Source of the DNA: an uncultured archaeon
Lineage (GTDB): Archaea; Asgardarchaeota; Lokiarchaeia; Sigyniarchaeales; Promethearchaeaceae
Reading direction: 5' to 3'
Length of the DNA: 10,906 bases
NCBI GenBank assembly: GCA_964426185.1
Contig: CAYRPF010000040.1
Coordinates: 17,223-28,128, forward strand
In this document: positions 1-6,879 of the stretch, in pieces
How the letters are laid out: every line of letters begins with the position of its first letter
How positions within the stretch are numbered: the first letter of the stretch is position 1
Position numbers and translations under genes: made by a program
The notes under the pieces: model-generated
What the model was told of the DNA's origin: nothing
The model's database searches: none
The model's input: only the letters and a program-made list of their open reading frames with translations

Positions 1-1923
1 AGATTTTAAAATATGGATACTTTTAGAAATGGCTTCAGCAGTGGGTAAACTGTCACCTGTAATCATCACCACATCAATTCCAGCCTCATGGCAAAGGTCG
101 ATAGCATTCTCCACACCTTCCCGTGGGGGATCAATAATAGCTACAAAGCCGATGTAGATTAGCTCGCTTTCAACTTCCTCCCGTTTATTTTCAAGATCCT
201 CTGGAATGAATTCCAATGGCTTATAGGCAAAACTTAGTAAACGATAGCCCTTCATCGCGTATTCATTAATGAGATTCATGATAATCAAGCGTAAATCTAT
301 CGAAAATTCAAATATTCGACCATTATCCCCTAAAAGAAAATCACAGTTGGATACCAGAAATTCACTGGCACCCTTTGTAAAGGAAATTATCTCACCAGAA
401 CGTTTATCTTGCAAAACTTTTGTCATTCGCTTAAATTCCGAAGAAAAGGGAAATTCAATAATTTCCAAATAATGATTCCGAATATCTATACCATTTTTAT
501 GAATAATTTTTGCCTTATGTGCAAGTGTTTGCAAGGCACCCTCAGTGGCACTACCAATAACTTTCCAATCTTCCACTACAACTTTCTTTCGTCGTTTTTC
601 GACTTCAAATTGATATTTCATTAACATAGAATTATTGTTTAGATAAGCAGAACGAATTAAAAACTCGAGATGAGGATAATCTGAGATTTTTTCTATTTTT
701 TGGGGTTTATGAGGTATATCGACCAGATAAAATTCACCTTTTGGGGTATAACCACTGCCGGTCACCTTAAATGTGGAGCCCCTTGCCCAAATATACTGTA
801 CTGCCATTTGACTTTTAGTGAGCGTGCCTGTTTTATCAGTACATATTACGCTCACTCTCCCCAAGCTATCCACCGAAGCTACATTTCGCACGATAACTCC
901 GTATTCCGCCATGGCTACAACTCCAGAAAGCATAATCACCGTAACCAGCAGCGGGATATTCACCGGCATGATTCCCATTGCCGCGTTAAGACTTTCTACG
1001 AACTCGAATTTGCCGGTGGTGATTTTAAGGTAAATAAGTGTTCCCAGCCAAAGTAAGAAGATCGAGATTCCAAACCATTTACCTAGATTATCCATTTTCT
1101 TGCGAATGGGAATTTCAGTACTCTGTATTTCGGCCATTCCTTTCGAAATTTTACCGATTTCCGTATCAGAACCGGTGGCAAACACGATTGCGAGACAGTT
1201 TCCTGAGTTAATAAATGTTCCATAAAACAGAATGTTCTCTTGATTTTGAAGGTGTAAGAGTTTATTTTCTAAGGGATCCCCCCTATTTTTGGAAACAGGT
1301 TCGCTTTCACCGGTAAGGGAGGCTTCATTGACCCTTAAATCGTTGGAAGAAATAATTCGGGCATCCGCTGGCACTTGATCTCCTGTAGCAAGCTTTACTA
1401 AATCACCCACAACAATGTTTTTTGAATAAATTTCTACAATTTGCCCTTCTCGGATTACCCACGATTTTGGAGCAGCCATAGACTGAAGAGCTTCAAGTTT
1501 TTTGGTAGCACGAGCTTGTTGATATATAGCCACCACACAATTCATAATAACAACCATTAAAGTAACATAAACCAACGACATATTACTCGTTCCAAAAAGA
1601 AGGCTGGCAATTAGCATGATTCCTGCAGATATAAGATAGAGTATGATCAACCAGTTAAAAAGAGGTGCTAAATAGGTGGTAATAAACGAAGGTTTTTCTA
1701 AAGATAATATATTTTGGCCATATTTTTCTAAATTTTCTTGAGCTTGTTTCTCTGTCAACCCTAAATCTGGATGAGTTCCGAAATATTCAAAAATTTCTTG
1801 GCGTAAGAAAGCCCAAATATGCTTTTTTTCTGCTTTAATGCATTCTTTTTTATCAGCATCAGATTTTGATTCGAATTTAGAGCAATTATTATAAATATCT
1901 TGATGATCATTATTATTCAGCAC
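1..1923 (-). CDS. Cation-translocating P-type ATPase, type II(A)-like scaffold, 3' end outside the window
   Basis: Manual translation gives 641 open codons from GTG at 1923 to the window edge, with a GGGAG RBS upstream. Motifs seen: GLTEKQAQENLEKYGQN (N-terminal P2 motif), VVGDLV..GDQVPADAR, LTGES (TGES at 1303-1314), ICTDKTGTLT (DKTGTLT at 817-837), VTGSGYTPKG, FPFSSEFKRMT, KGASE, DPPR and MITGD. Four hydrophobic segments (TM1-4) precede the P domain. Confidence 0.97.
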   Translation of the reverse strand, partial: MLNNNDHQDIYNNCSKFESKSDADKKECIKAEKKHIWAFLRQEIFEYFGTHPDLGLTEKQAQENLEKYGQNILSLEKPSFITTYLAPLFNWLIILYLISAGIMLIASLLFGTSNMSLVYVTLMVVIMNCVVAIYQQARATKKLEALQSMAAPKSWVIREGQIVEIYSKNIVVGDLVKLATGDQVPADARIISSNDLRVNEASLTGESEPVSKNRGDPLENKLLHLQNQENILFYGTFINSGNCLAIVFATGSDTEIGKISKGMAEIQSTEIPIRKKMDNLGKWFGISIFLLWLGTLIYLKITTGKFEFVESLNAAMGIMPVNIPLLVTVIMLSGVVAMAEYGVIVRNVASVDSLGRVSVICTDKTGTLTKSQMAVQYIWARGSTFKVTGSGYTPKGEFYLVDIPHKPQKIEKISDYPHLEFLIRSAYLNNNSMLMKYQFEVEKRRKKVVVEDWKVIGSATEGALQTLAHKAKIIHKNGIDIRNHYLEIIEFPFSSEFKRMTKVLQDKRSGEIISFTKGASEFLVSNCDFLLGDNGRIFEFSIDLRLIIMNLINEYAMKGYRLLSFAYKPLEFIPEDLENKREEVESELIYIGFVAIIDPPREGVENAIDLCHEAGIDVVMITGDSLPTAEAISKSIHILKS

Positions 1924-1928
1924 GGATA

Positions 1929-1935
1929 CTCCCTT
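1929..1935 (-). promoter_or_regulatory. Shine-Dalgarno site (AAGGGAG) of the P-type ATPase
   Basis: ctccctt on the + strand, 5 nt from the GTG start at 1923. Confidence 0.65.
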
Positions 1936-1947
1936 TTATCTATAAAT

Positions 1948-2008
1948 AAGGATTTAGAACAATCCTTTTCTACAATATATATTGTTGGATCGTATTAATT
2001 ATAATACG
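1948..2008. promoter_or_regulatory. Divergent promoter region with three adjacent inverted repeats (candidate operators/TATA elements)
   Basis: AAGGATT-N6-AATCCTT (1948-1967), the perfect palindrome ACAATATATATTGT (1972-1985) and CGTATTA-N4-TAATACG (1991-2008), all within the 228-bp gap between divergent genes. Confidence 0.5.
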
Positions 2009-2151
2009 TTGCATTAATCCCATATTTTCAAAATTTAATCAGCCTTGGTGATTGAAAAAACCTTCTAATTTATCAAGTTAAAAAAATAGAGGAGATTTTC
2101 TTCGCAAATGAGAAATATTTTTTGAAGTTTGCCTCCTTTATTAAATGAGGA

Positions 2152-3489
2152 ATGTTCGTGGAAAATTCAATTCAAAACAAGATAGAATTATTAGCACCTG
2201 CAAAAAATTTTATGGCGTTAAAGGCTTCTGCACCTTATGCGGATGCAGTTTATTTTGGTGTTGAGAATTTTAATATGCGGATGAAAGCAGATAACTTTAG
2301 TATTCAAGATCTCCCCAGAATCGCACAAATCTGTCATTTTCCAAAAGATCCAACTCATCGACGTAGAAAAGCATTTTTAACTCTAAATATCGTAATTTAT
2401 GAAAATGAGTTAAATCAATTACGCAAGACAATAATTGCTGCTAAAAAAGCAGGTATAGACGCCATTATAGTCCACGATTTAGCCGCTATGCAAATTGCTA
2501 GAGAAGTGGGAATACCTTTTCATATTTCAACTCAATGTAATGTATCAAATTCCGAAAGCGCAAAATTCTACGAGTCTTTAGGGGCGGAACGAATAATTCT
2601 AGCCCGAGAATGCTCTCTTAAGCAGATTACACAAATTACTCCCAAAATGACGACCGCCTCTATTGAAGTATTTATTCACGGTGCCATGTGCTCCTCTATA
2701 TCGGGGAGATGCTATTTATCTCAAACAATTGCATGTTCGGCTGATAAATCTGCAAATAGAGGGGTTTGCACTCAACCTTGCAGGGGAAAATGGACTCTGA
2801 TATCTGAGTCAGGGCATGAATTCTTATATGATGGAAAACGCATTTTAAACTCGCGCGATTTATGTATGATAAATTATATTCCGCAGCTAATTGAAGCAGG
2901 GATTAAAAGTTTCAAGATTGAAGGCAGAATGCGCCATCCACATTATGTAGAAACGGTTTCTCGGGTTTATCGCAAAGCAATTGATGCCTATTATGAAGGA
3001 AAATTCGAGGAAAAGCGGAAAAAAAATAAATGGATAACGCAATTAAAACAAGTTTATAACCGAGGTTTTACCACTGGTTTCTATTTTGGACGGGCATCTG
3101 AAAAGGATTCGCAATTGAACAGTCCTGCAAATATTTCGCATTTTCGATATATAAAGATGGGAGAAATTGTACAAAGTTTTCCCACAAATGCTGTGAAAAT
3201 CCGCCTATTTAATGGAACTTTGAAGGTAGGAGATGAAATCATTGTAATGAGCACTAAAAAAGGAGGAGAAACCTACTTTACTCAAAAAATTAAAGATATT
3301 CGAAAAGAGAATAAAGATGTTACAAAAACGGCTCCAGCAACAATAAATTCTCCGGTAGAAATTACATGTAAATTTGATAACGCAACTTCGGTAGAATGGC
3401 AAGATGCTATCTTCAAGTTCACGGATGAGACTTATCAAAAATCTTTAAAGAAAAGATATGCAAAAAAGCCAAAATATAAGTTGAAATGA
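2152..3489 (+). CDS. Peptidase U32 family Fe-S protein (TrhP/RlhA-like, probable O2-independent RNA hydroxylase)
   Basis: Motifs: ELLAPA, ADAVYFG, HISTQ, GAERIILARE, EVFIHGAMC-x6-C-x18-C-x3-CR (C180/187/206/210), SFKIEGRMR and NRGFTTGFYFG, followed by a beta-rich C-terminal domain. The true start may be GTG 2158, which is 7 nt from GAGG at 2147-2150. Confidence 0.93.
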   Translation: MFVENSIQNKIELLAPAKNFMALKASAPYADAVYFGVENFNMRMKADNFSIQDLPRIAQICHFPKDPTHRRRKAFLTLNIVIYENELNQLRKTIIAAKKAGIDAIIVHDLAAMQIAREVGIPFHISTQCNVSNSESAKFYESLGAERIILARECSLKQITQITPKMTTASIEVFIHGAMCSSISGRCYLSQTIACSADKSANRGVCTQPCRGKWTLISESGHEFLYDGKRILNSRDLCMINYIPQLIEAGIKSFKIEGRMRHPHYVETVSRVYRKAIDAYYEGKFEEKRKKNKWITQLKQVYNRGFTTGFYFGRASEKDSQLNSPANISHFRYIKMGEIVQSFPTNAVKIRLFNGTLKVGDEIIVMSTKKGGETYFTQKIKDIRKENKDVTKTAPATINSPVEITCKFDNATSVEWQDAIFKFTDETYQKSLKKRYAKKPKYKLK

Positions 3490-3491
3490 AA

Positions 3492-5708
3492 TTATTCTGA
3501 AGATGAACTACTGAGGTTTCGTCTTAAGATTTTGATCCTTCTGCGATAATTTACAATTTCTTCATTTAGTCTGGCAATTTCTTTCTTTCCAAGAGTCAAT
3601 TCTGCTTGTAAATTAGATATTTGTTCTTGAAATTGTTGTATCTCTTGATTCTTGGCGTCAAGTTCACTTCTTAATTTCTCAATTTCAGCCTTATACTCGC
3701 CGCCATTTTGAGCTTTCAACAATTCAGTCTCCATTTCTGAAGCTTTGCGCTCTGTAAGTGCCAAATTTTTCTCCAGATCAGCGATTTTTTCAGAAAACTC
3801 CACTTTTTGTTCTTGAAATCTCCGCTGCAAATTCAAATTATCTTGGCGAATAGAATCAAATTTATCTTGCAAATCCTTCAATTCTTTTTTCAGTTGATCG
3901 TATTGATCCTTCATAACTTGGTATTTTCCACTCGATTCAGAGGCTAAAGCGAGTTGCTCCCGTAGTTCTTTATTTAAACTATCCACTTGTTTCTGTAGAA
4001 ATTCCTTTTCAATGTTATCTTTAATCATTTCTGGAGTGAGTTCTTGTGCTTTCTGATATTCTTGCTGTAAAGATTCCAGTTGTTTCTCTAGACGTTGAAT
4101 AATCGCTTTATTTCCGCTGTTTTCACGTTTTAATTCAGAAATCCTATCAAATAGTACTTCTTTTTGAGAGATTAATTCTGCAATTTTTTCATTTAACTCT
4201 TCTTTTTCAGCAGTTATTTTCACGTTTTCAAGAAGCGCATCATGAAATTCTTCTTCTTGTTTTTGCAATTCCTCAATAATGGAATCTTTTTCCCGCAACT
4301 GCTCCGCTAAGTTTTCTTGGGAAGCGATTTTTTGTTGTAGTTCCTCGATTTTTGCAAAAAGTTCTTCTTTTTCCTTTTGATGAGTTTGATGCAATTCTTG
4401 AATTTGACTGGTTTTATCTCTTAAATATTCATCCTTTTGAATCAGTTGTTGTTCTGCTTCATCTAATTTATTATTTACTGACTCCAATTCTTCCCGATAT
4501 ACCATTTTTTGAAGTTTTTCTTGTAATTCATGAAGCTCTTGCTTTAGATCGGTAATCATCAATTCTTTTTCTTGGAGGTGAGCGCTTAAACCCGCTTCTA
4601 GGGAACTTCTATCTTCTTGAGTACTATTAAATGTCTCTCGTAAATGTGATAATTCTTGTTGGGCATTCTGTAAATCTCTTTGTAATTCTTCAATTCGAGA
4701 ATCTTTTAAAGACACAGAGTTTTCTAATTGGTCGTATAAAGATTGCAAGTTTTGGAGATTTTTTTGTTTTTTGTCCAATTCATGAGTTAGATGTTCTGTT
4801 TTATCATGTAAATCATCTAGAATAGATTGCAGAGAATGCTTTTCTTCTAATAAATTCATATTTTCTTGTTCATATGTGTCAATTTTGCTTTGAAATTCTT
4901 CGATTTTTGGAATATCAAGTTGATATTCTGCCAGTTGATTATTTTTTTGTTCTAACTCTTCTGTAATCTCTTGAAATCGTCTTTGGAATAGTTTATTTTC
5001 ATTAGTAAGAATCGAATTCTCAGTTTTTTGAGATTCAAATGCTTTTTCTAACTCCGCATTACGCGCCCGCAAAGCATGAACTTCTTCATTCAATTCTTGA
5101 AATCTAGTTAAATCAGTGTGAACTGCTTCCAATTCCCTGATCTTTATTTGAATTTCCTCTTCAAGTTTTGCAATTTTAGCATCTTTTTCCATTAAAATAG
5201 TTTGGAATCTTTGAAATTCATCTTCATTTGGGATAATTGTGGAAGAAGCCGTTTCTGGAGATTGTTCTGAAGTTGATTCCGACTTAACAATAGAAGGTGT
5301 AAAAAATTCCAATAAATCTGAAATATTAGTAAAGGATATATCATCTTTATAAATAATCTGCGGATGATAACTCATAGAATCTAAAAACCTATTGATTAAA
5401 TCACTCATTAATTCCTTAACTTTTGTTTCTTCCAATTTTTTTAGATTTTCAGCCAATTGATCCATCATGTTATTAATTTGCTGTGTCTCAGCCTTATTTT
5501 TAGTTAAAATTGCAATTTCATCTTGTAATTTTTCATGAATTTCTAATAAAGATTTGACTCCGATAAATAAAGATTTCACCCGAAGTAAAGTATCAGGATC
5601 TAAATTGCGTAACTCTTCTTTTGTCTCCAAGGAAAGGGGAATGTGAAGGTTTTGAAATAATTTTAAAATAGATTCGTAAATATTTTCAGAAGAAGTGTCT
5701 CCATTCAT
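3492..5708 (-). CDS. Long coiled-coil protein of unknown function (738 aa)
   Basis: Uninterrupted 738-codon ORF. It has an ~140-aa N-terminal helical region, an S/T/E/P linker (~aa 141-162), then E/K/Q/L-rich heptads to ~aa 732 with only two prolines. No Walker A motif, TM segment or signal peptide was seen. Confidence 0.92.
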   Translation of the reverse strand: MNGDTSSENIYESILKLFQNLHIPLSLETKEELRNLDPDTLLRVKSLFIGVKSLLEIHEKLQDEIAILTKNKAETQQINNMMDQLAENLKKLEETKVKELMSDLINRFLDSMSYHPQIIYKDDISFTNISDLLEFFTPSIVKSESTSEQSPETASSTIIPNEDEFQRFQTILMEKDAKIAKLEEEIQIKIRELEAVHTDLTRFQELNEEVHALRARNAELEKAFESQKTENSILTNENKLFQRRFQEITEELEQKNNQLAEYQLDIPKIEEFQSKIDTYEQENMNLLEEKHSLQSILDDLHDKTEHLTHELDKKQKNLQNLQSLYDQLENSVSLKDSRIEELQRDLQNAQQELSHLRETFNSTQEDRSSLEAGLSAHLQEKELMITDLKQELHELQEKLQKMVYREELESVNNKLDEAEQQLIQKDEYLRDKTSQIQELHQTHQKEKEELFAKIEELQQKIASQENLAEQLREKDSIIEELQKQEEEFHDALLENVKITAEKEELNEKIAELISQKEVLFDRISELKRENSGNKAIIQRLEKQLESLQQEYQKAQELTPEMIKDNIEKEFLQKQVDSLNKELREQLALASESSGKYQVMKDQYDQLKKELKDLQDKFDSIRQDNLNLQRRFQEQKVEFSEKIADLEKNLALTERKASEMETELLKAQNGGEYKAEIEKLRSELDAKNQEIQQFQEQISNLQAELTLGKKEIARLNEEIVNYRRRIKILRRNLSSSSSE

Positions 5709-5770
5709 GGCTAACTAGATAGAAATCATGTTGTGCTAAAAATTTAATCCATCTATTTCAATTAACGAGT

Positions 5771-5784
5771 AAAAAAAGAAAGAA
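5771..5784 (-). terminator. Putative archaeal oligo-T terminator after the acd-DRTGG-DRTGG unit
   Basis: The minus strand reads TTCTTTCTTTTTTT starting about 10 nt after the stop codon at 5795. Confidence 0.45.
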
Positions 5785-5794
5785 TAATTTAACC

Positions 5795-6859
5795 TCAACG
5801 AGAAAATTCTTCCCAATCAAGATTTTGTTCCACTTGTTCATAACAGATTTCAATTTCATCAAGCTGAATGTCTGAATGAATATTCTGCAATTTTTCTGTG
5901 ATGGAAAAAGTATCTCCTGCAGCTAATATTGTCGGAATTTGTTTTTCTTCCGCTTTTTTAAGAAGAGATGTTTCTGGTCGAAGATTACCGGTAAATATAA
6001 GCAGAGAAATGGGAGTTTCTAAGGCATTTAATGCAATATCTATTCGATCTCCGCCAGTAATGACACAAACGTTCGGTTTTCGTTTGATATATTCAATTGC
6101 TTTATTGCTGTGCATAGCACCAATTACAAAATTCGCAATTTTTCGATTTTTGATCTTAACGAACTCTCCAGTGAGCAATTTACCATCAATAGCCTCAAGA
6201 ATTTCTGCAATAGTAGGAAATTCCAGAGTTTTAACGCTCTTTAATCCCCCAATCAACGCAATATTACTATTTCTCATCATAGGAAGATAATATTTTTGAA
6301 TTCGATTTTCTAAAGTTGAATTAACTGGGCTAAGGATAACCCCCCCAATTTCACATTGCTGCATCCTAAAAATTTTAACCGCAGCTAAAACATCATCAAA
6401 ATCACTATCCCCGGCAATTGGAGCACAGATAATTACCTTAGCATTGAAATTCTTGGCGATATGAGCATCACTTAATTCAACTGCAGCATACTGTCGATAA
6501 TCATGATTGCCTTCAATTAATACCACATCAGTTCGAGATGCAATGAAATCATAGGCATCAGTGATTTTTTCTAAAATTTCGGAAGATTCTTTGGGAAGAA
6601 TTTCATCTAAGAAAAATTTAGGATTTAATAATAAAGGACAAAGTTGTTCCTGGCTGAATTTTCGAGCCACAACAGCAGATATAACAGATGCGTCTTTATC
6701 AGTTAGATTTTTAGGTTTAATTGTGGAAGAATCCCCGATAGGTTTAAAATAACCAGGATTTATCCCATTTTCTTTAAATTTTAAGTATGCTCCAATTGCA
6801 ACAACAGATTTCCCTGATCCACGCTTGGTTGATGATAATATAATACTTTTTGAAGTCAT
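5795..6859 (-). CDS. Phosphotransacetylase-N-terminal-like protein (BioD-like P-loop + DRTGG domain), downstream paralog
   Basis: Motifs: P-loop STKRGSGKS, GYFKPIG, VLIEG, IGAM, VITGGDRIDIAL, LIFTGN and DTF. At 354 aa there is no room for a PTA_PTB catalytic domain. Confidence 0.93.
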   Translation of the reverse strand: MTSKSIILSSTKRGSGKSVVAIGAYLKFKENGINPGYFKPIGDSSTIKPKNLTDKDASVISAVVARKFSQEQLCPLLLNPKFFLDEILPKESSEILEKITDAYDFIASRTDVVLIEGNHDYRQYAAVELSDAHIAKNFNAKVIICAPIAGDSDFDDVLAAVKIFRMQQCEIGGVILSPVNSTLENRIQKYYLPMMRNSNIALIGGLKSVKTLEFPTIAEILEAIDGKLLTGEFVKIKNRKIANFVIGAMHSNKAIEYIKRKPNVCVITGGDRIDIALNALETPISLLIFTGNLRPETSLLKKAEEKQIPTILAAGDTFSITEKLQNIHSDIQLDEIEICYEQVEQNLDWEEFSR

Positions 6860-6869
6860 TTTCTATTTA

Positions 6870-6874
6870 CTCCT
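6870..6874 (-). promoter_or_regulatory. Shine-Dalgarno site AGGAG
   Basis: ctcct on the + strand, within the 20-bp gap and 10 nt from ATG 6859. Confidence 0.6.
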
Positions 6875-6879
6875 TTTTA

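Noticed and set aside
269-1056. Four short + strand ORFs (67, 71, 118 and 71 aa)
   Set aside because: They are antisense to the motif-rich P-type ATPase and show no recognisable domains.
2152-3489. Collagenase annotation
   Set aside because: This is a legacy family name. The four-Cys Fe-S motif points to a hydroxylation function.
3487-3550. Selenocysteine readthrough of the U32 TGA
   Set aside because: The protein is already complete, the extension lies antisense to the next gene, and no SECIS element was recognised.
3492-5708. SMC/Rad50 assignment for the coiled-coil protein
   Set aside because: There is no N-terminal Walker A, no C-terminal signature/Walker B, and no hinge or CxxC hook.
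5715-5729. In-frame mini-ORF ATG ATT TCT ATC TAG just upstream of the coiled-coil start (uORF or amber readthrough)
   Set aside because: It is four codons long with no SD and is expected by chance. Nothing in the window supports pyrrolysine recoding.
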